DNA of 48,595 bases, taken from positions 9,689 to 58,283 of the forward strand of contig CAYGSZ010000001.1 of assembly GCA_964352705.1 (NCBI GenBank), read 5' to 3'. The notes beneath the pieces were generated by a model, which had not been told where the DNA came from, ran no database searches, and worked only from the letters and a program-made list of their open reading frames with translations. How positions within the stretch are numbered: the stretch's first letter is position 1; each line of letters begins with the position of its first letter. This DNA comes from an uncultured Rhodobacterales bacterium (GTDB lineage: Bacteria > Pseudomonadota > Alphaproteobacteria > Rhodospirillales > Rhodospirillaceae). Below are positions 28,343 to 37,295 of the stretch, piece by piece. A program made the position numbers and the translations under genes.

Positions 28343-29851
28343 TCAGCCTAAAGTAATATCTTCAAAGCCGATGTAACCGTACGTCTGGTCAAAACCAGAC
28401 GTTCTGGGGCTCAAGCCAACAAACCCAATATTTTCATGGAGAAAAATGCTTGGAGCCTGCGCGTGGTAATGGCGCATCACCTTTTGGCGCAAGTCTAAGG
28501 CCGTGTCTGGGTCTGTTTCCGTCCAGGCGGCTTCAATGATGGGCTGAATGGTTCGGTCGCACAACCAGGGGTCCGCTTTGCGGCAGGAGTTGATATTTGT
28601 CATCTGAATAGCATCCAATATGGGATAGGAGCCCCATTGCAACGTAAACGAATCTGCCTCAATGCGGCCCCGTACAAAATCCAATAAGAAGCGCATAACG
28701 GGTCTCTGCTGAACGTCCATGTTCACACCGACTCGATTTAAATCATCGGCCACCCGCTGTACAACAAGCGCCCCATTCGTGCCGCCTCCAGACGTTACTA
28801 AGGTCATACTAAAGCCGTTCGGATAACCGGCCTCGGTGAGCAGTTTCCGCGCCAAGTCTGGATTGTATGCGTAAGGCTCTATGGTGGGGTCAAACCCGTA
28901 GGCGGATCTGACTGCGGGCTGGCTGGAAACCACCGTCAATCCGCCAAGCAGAACATCTACAATGGTTTGTTTGTCAACGGCATGATTCAAAGCCTGACGT
29001 ACTCGTAGATCATTGAGGGGCGTTTCTTTGCTAATGCCAAATTGCAGCATAATTGAAAACGCTGCGCCATCTTTGACTGATGCGATACTTCCACCAATGC
29101 CTTCAAGAATAGCAAAGTCTTCGGGGGTCGTTTGGTAAGCGGCGTCTAGTCCACCGGACAGAACAGCTTGAATGCGTGATGAGGCGTCGGGTAAGACGAT
29201 GAAGTCGACACCATCAATTTTCATCGGCCGCCAACTCAATGGATTGGTTCGTGTAATTGCACGTCCGGGTTCCCAAGCTTCAACGACAAGGGGGCCAGTG
29301 CCGACAGGGGTCAAGGAGAACTGTTCTACGCCCATGTCTTGCCAAGCTGTTGGTTCGACGATCAACAGAACAGAGGCGTAGCGGGGTAGCATTGGAACGG
29401 GAGTTAACGTTTTGATCTCAACAGTCGTCGGCGTAATGGCGACCGCTTTGTCCAGGAAGTGGAAGTCCCTCCTCAACCCCTCAGTTTGTGGCCCCGAACC
29501 GGCGAGGTAGTTACAAGTAAAAGCAACCGCATCCGCGTTGAAAGGTTGACCGTTTGAAAACACGATGTCACTTCGAAGGGTGAATCGCCACGTCAGTGAG
29601 TCGATTAACTCCCATTGTGTCGCCAACCAGGGTTTAACTTCACCGTCTTTAGTCAGGCGGGTCAGGCCATCAAACACACCGCCGGTGAGCAGAATGCTGG
29701 GGGTTTGTATGTTAGAGAAGGCGTTGCCTTTCTCGGTTGGAAGCCCGCCGATTCCGATTCTGAGGATTTTTGACTTGCCTGTCTGTGCGTGAGCTGGAAC
29801 GAGTGTTGTCGCGGCGAGTGAACTCAAAAGTGTTCGGCGCGCTATTTTCAT
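28343..29851 (-). CDS. ABC-transporter substrate-binding protein, family 5 (peptide/nickel/opine type), orphan
   Basis: 502 aa. Signal MKIARRTLLSSLAATTLVPAHA. Typical SBP_bac_5 length and blocks (WELIDSLTWRFTLRSDIVFSNGQPFNA). No permease or ATPase genes adjacent. Confidence 0.8.
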   Translation of the reverse strand: MKIARRTLLSSLAATTLVPAHAQTGKSKILRIGIGGLPTEKGNAFSNIQTPSILLTGGVFDGLTRLTKDGEVKPWLATQWELIDSLTWRFTLRSDIVFSNGQPFNADAVAFTCNYLAGSGPQTEGLRRDFHFLDKAVAITPTTVEIKTLTPVPMLPRYASVLLIVEPTAWQDMGVEQFSLTPVGTGPLVVEAWEPGRAITRTNPLSWRPMKIDGVDFIVLPDASSRIQAVLSGGLDAAYQTTPEDFAILEGIGGSIASVKDGAAFSIMLQFGISKETPLNDLRVRQALNHAVDKQTIVDVLLGGLTVVSSQPAVRSAYGFDPTIEPYAYNPDLARKLLTEAGYPNGFSMTLVTSGGGTNGALVVQRVADDLNRVGVNMDVQQRPVMRFLLDFVRGRIEADSFTLQWGSYPILDAIQMTNINSCRKADPWLCDRTIQPIIEAAWTETDPDTALDLRQKVMRHYHAQAPSIFLHENIGFVGLSPRTSGFDQTYGYIGFEDITLG

Positions 29852-29890
29852 TGTCAGAGCTCCAAGTGCTTTTGATCATAGAGTAACGCT

Positions 29891-31816
29891 TTATCGCGCT
29901 GCTATAAATGCCTTTAGATCATCTGAAACACGTTTCATGACATCGCTCCAGTCGTGCCACTTCGTCTGCCGATAGAGTGTCATTGAACGGTACCAGAGGC
30001 TTTTTGAACCTTCATTAAACCAGTACCACAACAGGCTACTTGAACCGCGTCGAGGTAATATGGTCCAGGTCGGGAGGCCTAGTGCGCCTGCCAGATGAGC
30101 GACCGTATTACTGTTTGAGATGACCAAATCCATCGCGCCGACCTGCGCGGCGAAGGTGTCAAAATCTACCAAAGAATTTACTGTGCTATCAGAGATGACT
30201 TTGATCTTGTGCTCGTTGAATACCTTTTCAATCTCTAAGTTATGATCTCCGTATTGCAGGGAGATAAAAGTAGCGTCTTGTGCAAGAATGTCGCGCCATT
30301 GCTCTAGAGGTATCGATTTATCCCGGCCTTCTGATTGGCGGCCACTTCGCCATGCAATTCCAATAAGGGGTTTTGTTGGACTTAAGTTTTGATACTTTTC
30401 CCTAAAGTTTTCTCTCAGATTCTCATTATATGTGAGGTAGCTGGATTCGTCTTGGAAGGCGTCAAAATTTGGTTGCAGAAATTCGCAAAGATCACCGATA
30501 GAAATTTGCCAATCCGCCTCAATATCAAGCAAAGCCGCATCTGTAGGGTTTGAACGTGGATGAACGCTTGCAAGGGGAAACGAGCGCATAAACACAGGAA
30601 CGAGCCGCGGCTCAATTTCTATGGTTACAGACTGCGCCATAGCGATGACGTCGCTGATCATGCTTGCATATAAAATTTCGTCTCCGAGTCCCTGTTCGCC
30701 CCAAATCAGTATGGATTTACCGGAGAGGTCGCTTCCGTCCCAAACCGGGAGCTTATGGTCTCGCTTCCCAGCGTAAGTTGGATGTTGTTGAAACCGCCAT
30801 TTGTAATCAGGCCAGCCCTCTGCAATCAGTCCGTCACTTAGCAGCGGTTGGCTCCGTTTTATGTGGGCCTCTGGTTTGTCAGTTGCGAGGTCAATGGCTT
30901 CATCCAGTATCGTCAAAGCCGCTTGTCGCCCTTTGGTTTCATGCACCATATGCGCGAGGTTGTAACGTGCGGGGGCGAGGCTGTGGTCGTGCTTTAAGGC
31001 GGTGCCGAATGCTTTCTCCGCTTCATCTTCACGTCCCAGCATACGCAGGACGAGACCTCGGTTGTTCCAGGCCTCTGCATGTGTGGGTGCTGTCTGTAGA
31101 ACGACATCAAATAATGTCAGCGCTTTTTCAAACTGGCCGGTCTTAAAATAACTGGACCCGAGCGACAACCTCGTTGCCAAATCTGCAGGGTTGTGTGCTG
31201 TGTAATACTCAAGAAACTCAAAACTTTCCTCGATAAGGTCTTCGGATTGTAGAGCTAAGCCGAGGTTGCGCCAGGCCGAGAGCAACTCTGGGTGGGTTTT
31301 GATAACTCTTTGGTAGTGTTTAATCGCACTGTCTATATCGCCGCTGTCTTTTAGGGCTTCTCCGATGTTTACCAGTGCTGCGCCGAGGGATGGGTCAAGT
31401 TTGAGAGCTTTTTCAAAACACGCCAGGGCCTTTTTGGGCATGTCTTGACGCAGGCGGCAGTCCCCCAATGTGTTTAATCCGATCGCTGGAAGTTTGTTTT
31501 TTCGTGCAAGTTTTTCTAACCCCCGCGCTGCTTCGTCAAGCTGCCCAACAGCCATTCGGGCTTGAGCCAAGCTGTTAGCAATCACACCATCAGATTTTTT
31601 TCCAGCGGCGGCTTCTTCAAGCAGACCAAGCGCATCTTCTGCATGTCCTAAACTCAGTTTGCTCAGTCCGCTAACATGAAGTGCCGTGACGTTCTGAGGA
31701 TACTCTTTCAATACCTGCTCAGCTAAGGCGAGGGCTTCTGCGAAACGCCCATGGTTGAAATGCGAACTTGCGAGCATAAGAGCTGAATTAAGATCGGAGG
31801 ACTGTGCTTCAGGCAT
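29891..31816 (-). CDS. TPR-repeat protein fused to a glycosyltransferase-family-9-like (heptosyltransferase-fold) C-terminal domain
   Basis: About 8 TPR units in the N-terminal 330 aa (repeated A..Y/F.KAL..DP patterns). The C-terminal ILIWGEQGLGDEILYASM... and SNSNTVAHLAGALGLPTW resemble GT9-fold proteins. Confidence 0.65.
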   Translation of the reverse strand: MPEAQSSDLNSALMLASSHFNHGRFAEALALAEQVLKEYPQNVTALHVSGLSKLSLGHAEDALGLLEEAAAGKKSDGVIANSLAQARMAVGQLDEAARGLEKLARKNKLPAIGLNTLGDCRLRQDMPKKALACFEKALKLDPSLGAALVNIGEALKDSGDIDSAIKHYQRVIKTHPELLSAWRNLGLALQSEDLIEESFEFLEYYTAHNPADLATRLSLGSSYFKTGQFEKALTLFDVVLQTAPTHAEAWNNRGLVLRMLGREDEAEKAFGTALKHDHSLAPARYNLAHMVHETKGRQAALTILDEAIDLATDKPEAHIKRSQPLLSDGLIAEGWPDYKWRFQQHPTYAGKRDHKLPVWDGSDLSGKSILIWGEQGLGDEILYASMISDVIAMAQSVTIEIEPRLVPVFMRSFPLASVHPRSNPTDAALLDIEADWQISIGDLCEFLQPNFDAFQDESSYLTYNENLRENFREKYQNLSPTKPLIGIAWRSGRQSEGRDKSIPLEQWRDILAQDATFISLQYGDHNLEIEKVFNEHKIKVISDSTVNSLVDFDTFAAQVGAMDLVISNSNTVAHLAGALGLPTWTILPRRGSSSLLWYWFNEGSKSLWYRSMTLYRQTKWHDWSDVMKRVSDDLKAFIAAR

Positions 31817-31846
31817 ATCAGGGTTGATTGAACCTTAGTCTTGTGA

Positions 31847-31885
31847 GTAGCAAGTGGTGTTGTTGCTTGTAGCAGTAATGTAGCA
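31847..31885. repeat. Three GTAGCA hexamers at 31847, 31869 and 31880 (spacing 22 and 11 bp) in the divergent TPR-GT / hydrolase-operon promoter region; candidate operator
   Basis: Read directly. The last two are TGTAGCA. An AGCAGT/ACTGCT inverted repeat (31871-31890) overlaps them. Confidence 0.25.
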
Positions 31886-31939
31886 CTGCTTGTTTTCGGT
31901 GATAAGATAAGGGAATGCATTACATGACTTGGGGGTGAA

Positions 31940-32764
31940 ATGACAATTGAAGCGAAACGACTATATGTCGATGGCCCCTATGGACAAGTTCATCTCAGGC
32001 AAGCGAGTCCAATGGGCAAGAGCGCTGTCAAAACGCCCCTAATTTGTTTTCACCAAAGTCCTATGTCAGGTATTCAGTACCGGCCTTTTCAAGATGAAAT
32101 GGCTAAAGACCGTGTTGTTTATTGCCCGGACACCCCTGGCTTTGGCGGATCAGATGCGCCACCCGGCGTTGTAACTGTCCGCGATTATGCCAGGGCCATG
32201 GCGGTTGTGATTGATAGCCTAGGCTGCGGAAAAGCTGGTGTTGGTCCAGTTGATGTCTTTGGTGGCCATACGGGCAGTGTCATCGGTACGGAGCTCGCCG
32301 TGACACGGCCAGATCTAGTGCGGAAAATTATTTTCCCCTCGGTTGCATTATTTTCCGATGAACAGAAAACCATGATGATGCAACGGTTTGGTGGGCCTCC
32401 AGGGTATTTTACAGATCCAGATTTTGTCTCCTCCTCTTACAAGCAAACGGTCTTGGATGGTCATCCTGAACTAGATCCTGAGCGCCGCCTTGAATTGTTT
32501 GCCGAGCGTTTACGTTCGGGTATGAAAGCCTGGTACGCGCCAGAAGCTGTGATGAGTTACGACGCACACAACCAATTACAGAAAGTCATGCAACCGACGC
32601 TGCTGTTGGTGCTTGATGATATGCTCGCAGAGAATACGCGCCAAGCTGGGGCTCTGCTTCCAGATGCCACTCTGATCGAGATGACTCACATTCCTCATGC
32701 GCTGGCGTGGGACGTGCATGCTGCTGAGATTGCTGAGATCGTGCGCAATTTTCTCGATAAGTGA
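31940..32764 (+). CDS. Alpha/beta-fold protein, paralog 1 (non-canonical nucleophile elbow)
   Basis: LICFHQSPMSG (HG-like oxyanion region), PDTPGFGGSD, VDVFGGHTGSVIG at the expected elbow, C-terminal His region IPHALAW. Confidence 0.65.
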   Translation: MTIEAKRLYVDGPYGQVHLRQASPMGKSAVKTPLICFHQSPMSGIQYRPFQDEMAKDRVVYCPDTPGFGGSDAPPGVVTVRDYARAMAVVIDSLGCGKAGVGPVDVFGGHTGSVIGTELAVTRPDLVRKIIFPSVALFSDEQKTMMMQRFGGPPGYFTDPDFVSSSYKQTVLDGHPELDPERRLELFAERLRSGMKAWYAPEAVMSYDAHNQLQKVMQPTLLLVLDDMLAENTRQAGALLPDATLIEMTHIPHALAWDVHAAEIAEIVRNFLDK

Positions 32765-33591
32765 TGAATGTCCAAGTTGAACGTCGGTATGTGGATGGGC
32801 CCTACGGTCAGATACATTTGTATGATGCTGTCCCCGCTTTGCCCTCATTTCAGTTAAAGACGCCTCTCATCTGTTTTCATCAAAGCCCAGTGTCTGGGCT
32901 TCAATATCAGGCGTTTCAATCTGCTATGGCCACCGACCGTCGCGTTATTTGCCCAGATACGCCGGGTTTCGGCGGGTCAGATGCACCGTCCTCTGCTCCT
33001 GGAATTGAGGGTTATGCGGTGGCGCTGGCAAAATTACTGGAAGAACTAGGTTTTGGAGACGGAAGATTGGTTGATGTTTTGGGTTTCCACACGGGTGCCC
33101 AAATATGTGTGGAACTGGCAGCCACTCGGCCAGACTTAGTAAGACGCCAGGTGCTGAGCAGCCTTGCTCTCTTAAGTGATGAAGAAATAGAGAGAAACCG
33201 TTCTGTCTTTGGCGGAGCGCGCCCGTTGTTCACAGACTCTGACTACGTTGGTCGGTATTACCAGCAGCAGGTTATTGACGGTTATGATGGCATGTCCCTG
33301 GAACGACGTCTGGCTTTGTTTGCTGAGCGGATGCGGCCTGGCATGCTGTCTTGGTATGGCCCAGAAGCCGTGTTTACACACGATACGAAGGTCGCACTTC
33401 AGAAAGTAGTCCAACCAACGCTCTTATATGTAATGCGCGACACTTTAAGTGAAAACACGCGACAAGCCGCGTCGCTCGTGCAGCGGGCTACCATTTACGA
33501 GCGCATGGACATTCATGGCCCTGCAGGTTGGGATAGTCATCCGCATGAAATTGCAGCAGATGTGCGGCGCTTTCTTGACGCTGCACTGTAA
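32761..33591 (+). CDS. Alpha/beta-fold protein, paralog 2 (non-canonical nucleophile elbow)
   Basis: Overlaps the upstream stop (GTGATGA). Collinear with paralog 1: YVDGPYGQ[IV]HL, LICFHQSPVSG, PDTPGFGGSDAP, VDVLGFHTGAQIC. Confidence 0.65.
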   Translation: MMNVQVERRYVDGPYGQIHLYDAVPALPSFQLKTPLICFHQSPVSGLQYQAFQSAMATDRRVICPDTPGFGGSDAPSSAPGIEGYAVALAKLLEELGFGDGRLVDVLGFHTGAQICVELAATRPDLVRRQVLSSLALLSDEEIERNRSVFGGARPLFTDSDYVGRYYQQQVIDGYDGMSLERRLALFAERMRPGMLSWYGPEAVFTHDTKVALQKVVQPTLLYVMRDTLSENTRQAASLVQRATIYERMDIHGPAGWDSHPHEIAADVRRFLDAAL

Positions 33592-33597
33592 GGGGTT

Positions 33598-34836
33598 ATG
33601 GGGTATTTTCGTTTTCTTGCTGCAAACCCACTTTTTTTGAGTTTTGGGTTTGGCTTGAATGTGTTTGTTGCCTTGGGACAAACGTTTTACGTCTCCCTCT
33701 ACAACACAGAAATCCGTGACGCCCTTTCCTTAACGCATGGTGAACTGGCGGCCCTCTACGGCACGGCAACGATACTCGGGTCTGTCGGCTTGCTGGGTAC
33801 TGGGCGCTTGCTTGATCGCGTTGATCTCAGATGGTTTGCAGCGGCGACAACGATATTGGTGGCTGTGGGTTGCTGGTTATTTGCAGCGGCGACAACAGTC
33901 ACGGCCTTTTTCTTTGCAGTGCTGGCCGTACGATTCTCGGCCCAGGGCCTATGGGGTGTGTGTGCGCAAGTCAGCATGGCGCGCTATTTCGATGATAATC
34001 GAGGTAAAGCAGCTGCTGTTGCCAACACAGGTTATGCGCTTGGCTATGCTATTTTTCCAACCGTAGGTGCTTGGTTGCTATTGACGTTTGGATGGCGTGA
34101 AGCCTGGTCTTTGACGGGATGGGTTGTACTGTTGGTGATTTTACCTATCACGATGATGCAGCTTTGGGGGCATGGTAAGCGGCACCGGGCTTATGAAGAA
34201 AAGCTGGCCAGTCTAACTGACGGCTCAGCAGGCTCAAAAGTTCATCAATGGACCCTCGCAGAGGTTTTTAGGGATAGCCGGTTTTGGTTGCTGCAGCCAG
34301 CCATGCTGGCGGTGCCCTCGGTTGTGTTCTCCATCCAGTTTCATCAACTGTACTTGGTTGAAATAAAGGGATGGAGTTTAACAGCGTTCGCCAGTGGCTA
34401 TGCTGTGTACTCGGGTGTCTCACTTCTCGCAGGTTTTGCTGGAGGTGCGTTGATTGACCGCCTTGGTTCTCAGCGTCTCATCGGATACTTTCTTTGGCCA
34501 CTCATTCCTGCGTTGATGCTGCTGGCATTTCTGGACTCTCCGCTAACCATTCCTTTGCTCATGGCGTTCACAGGGCTAACGTTTGGGTTAAGTCTGGTGG
34601 TGTTTGTAACGGTTTGGGCAGAACTTTACGGGACTCAGCACATGGGGGCGATCAGATCCTTTAACATCTTTTTGAACGTCTCATTTGCCTCTGGTGTCAT
34701 GGTGTTAACAGGATGGCTCATAGATCAGGACGTTACTTTGGAAGCCATGTGTTGGGGCGGTGTAGTTTGTGTTGGTGTCGCCTTGGTTTCCACAGAGTTG
34801 GCGCGTCGGCGCTCACATCAAGTGCGAACTAATTAG
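33598..34836 (+). CDS. MFS transporter
   Basis: 412 aa with about 12 TM segments. GRLLDRVDLR loop motif between TM2 and TM3. Confidence 0.8.
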   Translation: MGYFRFLAANPLFLSFGFGLNVFVALGQTFYVSLYNTEIRDALSLTHGELAALYGTATILGSVGLLGTGRLLDRVDLRWFAAATTILVAVGCWLFAAATTVTAFFFAVLAVRFSAQGLWGVCAQVSMARYFDDNRGKAAAVANTGYALGYAIFPTVGAWLLLTFGWREAWSLTGWVVLLVILPITMMQLWGHGKRHRAYEEKLASLTDGSAGSKVHQWTLAEVFRDSRFWLLQPAMLAVPSVVFSIQFHQLYLVEIKGWSLTAFASGYAVYSGVSLLAGFAGGALIDRLGSQRLIGYFLWPLIPALMLLAFLDSPLTIPLLMAFTGLTFGLSLVVFVTVWAELYGTQHMGAIRSFNIFLNVSFASGVMVLTGWLIDQDVTLEAMCWGGVVCVGVALVSTELARRRSHQVRTN

Positions 34837-34857
34837 CTAACAGAAAGAATCCTAAAT

Positions 34858-36093
34858 ATGAAAAAAGCATTACTAGGATTGGGCGGCATCATCGTTTTGG
34901 CCGGATTGGCTTTTGTCTGGTCAAACGGTGTGTTGATGTATCGGCACTATACCCGCAACGCGCCCAATCAGGTGAACGGCTATAGCTGGTATAAACCGAC
35001 GGATAATATTGCTGGGGCCCACGCAGGTTTTTTTGAGGTCGTACCGGCAGAGCAGCTTACGGTTCCGGCGTCTGCAATAAACGCGGCCAGTGAATATGCA
35101 AAAGCCAATCAATCAGAAAGTCTTCTGATCTGGCATCGCGGTGCTTTGCAGCATGCTGAATACTGGCTTGGTCTTGATGAGTCGGATGTGGTGAATTCTC
35201 GAAGTATGCATAAAATGGCGGGTGGGTTGCTGATCGCCCGGGCCATTGAAGATGGCTATATCGAGTCTATTGATGACCCAGTTGGAAAATATATTACGGC
35301 TTGGCGTGATAAAGAGCAGGGTAAAATTACCATCCGTAATGTGTTGCAGATGTCCAGCGGCTTACGATGGTTCGGCATTCGCGATGAAGCCCCATTTGGC
35401 CTAAGTTCCAGGCGCTATCTTGATCCTTATTGGGACGAGGTTTTGCTCGAAGAAATCCCCATGTCATTTGAGCCTGGCACAGACTACGACTACAGCGATA
35501 CGACCGCTGATGTCATGCCCCACATTATTCAAGGGGCAACGGGCAAGCGTTATGCCGAGTATTTTTCCGAAGCGCTCGTGAAGCCGCTGGACGCTGCTGG
35601 TGGCTTTATATGGATCAATCGTGAGGGCGGCATGCCTCACGGCGGCTGTTGCTTAATGCTGCCTCCAGAGACGTGGCTCAGATTCGGTGTGTTGGTTTTG
35701 AATAAGGGCATGTGGAACGGGCAGCAGTTGTTGCCAGTGGATTGGTTGTCAGAGATGCTGGAGCCATCGCCCAAAAACCAGCACTTCGGTTTAATGGTCT
35801 GGCTCGGGAAGCCATATGCAGAGCGCCGCCTATACCACCGCCCGGATTCTCCTATTAATCAAGTGACGAAACCTGGAGTTTACAACTCAGAGCCCTTCTT
35901 GGCGGATGACATTTTCATGTTCGACGGGGCAGAAGGCCGGATGGTTTACATCGTTCCGTCGGAAGAATTGGTGATTGTGCGCACTGGCTTTCGCCCGCCT
36001 GCGGGTCAGCCTGAATGGGACAATGCGTTTCTCCCCAACACAATTTTGCGCAGCCTACAAGAATTACGGGATGAGACGGAGATGCTGCAATGA
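34858..36093 (+). CDS. Beta-lactamase-fold (PF00144-like) serine hydrolase, N-terminal membrane anchor, paralog A
   Basis: Anchor LLGLGGIIVLAGLAFVW. S-x-x-K = SMHK followed by ...AIEDGYIESIDDPVGKYI. C-terminal VYIVPSEELVIVRTG. Confidence 0.75.
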   Translation: MKKALLGLGGIIVLAGLAFVWSNGVLMYRHYTRNAPNQVNGYSWYKPTDNIAGAHAGFFEVVPAEQLTVPASAINAASEYAKANQSESLLIWHRGALQHAEYWLGLDESDVVNSRSMHKMAGGLLIARAIEDGYIESIDDPVGKYITAWRDKEQGKITIRNVLQMSSGLRWFGIRDEAPFGLSSRRYLDPYWDEVLLEEIPMSFEPGTDYDYSDTTADVMPHIIQGATGKRYAEYFSEALVKPLDAAGGFIWINREGGMPHGGCCLMLPPETWLRFGVLVLNKGMWNGQQLLPVDWLSEMLEPSPKNQHFGLMVWLGKPYAERRLYHRPDSPINQVTKPGVYNSEPFLADDIFMFDGAEGRMVYIVPSEELVIVRTGFRPPAGQPEWDNAFLPNTILRSLQELRDETEMLQ

Positions 36094-37295
36094 GAACCGT
36101 TTTGATTGTCCTGATTGCTTTGCTTGGAGTCGGCGTCGTTAGCGTTGCTCTGGATTGGACGTTTTGGACACGGTTTCTTTCCATCGGCTCTCAAACAGCT
36201 CTCAGTTATCCAGAGTGGATTGCGCCGACCGCGAAGGTAAAGGGGAATTTTCAGGAAGAATTACCAACTGTGCAGCCAGAGGATCGCACCTTGTCAGACT
36301 CAGCCATTGCAGAGTTGGTCACTTATGCAGAACAGCACGACTCTTTTTCACTCCTTGTTCACCATCAGGGGGCCGTGCAATTCGAAACCTATTGGAGAGA
36401 CTTCGGTCCTGATGATGTGACAGAGACGTACTCCATGGCCAAATCAGTCACGGGTATAATGATCGGGTTTGCGGTTGAAGACGGATTTATTACCTCGTTA
36501 GACGACCCAGTCACAAAGTACGTGCCCGAATGGGACGGCACAGATCGCCAAACCATGACGGTCCGCCACGTGATACAAATGGCAAGTGGTTTGGAACACT
36601 ACAGGTTTAGTTTCAAATTGATGCAAAACCCCTATGGAAAAGCGCTGCGTTTGTTCATTGGCACCAATATGGAAGCTGCGATCTTGCGTTTTGGTGTGAC
36701 CGCCGCGCCTGGTTCAGAGTTCACTTACAACAGCCTAAATTCGCAATTGCTTATGCTGATCCTTGAGCGGTCTACCGGCATATCCTATGCCGACTATGTT
36801 TCGGAAAAACTCTGGCAACCTTTAGGGTCCAAAGACGCAACGCTTTGGCTGGACCGTTCCGGCGGTATGCCAAAAGCGTATTCTTTTTTTCAGGCTCGGC
36901 CACGGGACTGGCTAAGGATCGGAATGGCTTTAAAAGATGAGGGCCGTTTTGACGGGAGACAAATCATTCCGTCAGATTGGGTTAAGCAAATGCGCACGCC
37001 ATCTGTCAATAATCCAAAGTACGGACTCCACTTGTGGCTCGGCAGCCCATATGTAGCCGAGCGTATGTACAACACGAACACACCCTTTGGTATGAAACAG
37101 GCTGTGCCTTTTCCTGTGGATGATGTGGTGTTTTTTGACGGCGGTGGGGGGCAACGTGTTTACATCATTCCGTCAGCCGACCTTGTGATTGTCCGTACGG
37201 GTATGCCGTCGCCTGACTGGGATGATGGCGTTTTGCCAAACATTGTGCTGCGGGATTTGGGTTTTGATACGGAAGGCGTTTCAAATGAAAACTGA
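36090..37295 (+). CDS. Beta-lactamase-fold serine hydrolase, N-terminal membrane anchor, paralog B
   Basis: ATGA overlap with paralog A. Anchor VLIVLIALLGVGVVSVAL. SMAK followed by ...AVEDGFITSLDDPVTKYVP. VYIIPSADLVIVRTG. Clearly paralogous to 34858-36093. Confidence 0.75.
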   Translation: MRTVLIVLIALLGVGVVSVALDWTFWTRFLSIGSQTALSYPEWIAPTAKVKGNFQEELPTVQPEDRTLSDSAIAELVTYAEQHDSFSLLVHHQGAVQFETYWRDFGPDDVTETYSMAKSVTGIMIGFAVEDGFITSLDDPVTKYVPEWDGTDRQTMTVRHVIQMASGLEHYRFSFKLMQNPYGKALRLFIGTNMEAAILRFGVTAAPGSEFTYNSLNSQLLMLILERSTGISYADYVSEKLWQPLGSKDATLWLDRSGGMPKAYSFFQARPRDWLRIGMALKDEGRFDGRQIIPSDWVKQMRTPSVNNPKYGLHLWLGSPYVAERMYNTNTPFGMKQAVPFPVDDVVFFDGGGGQRVYIIPSADLVIVRTGMPSPDWDDGVLPNIVLRDLGFDTEGVSNEN

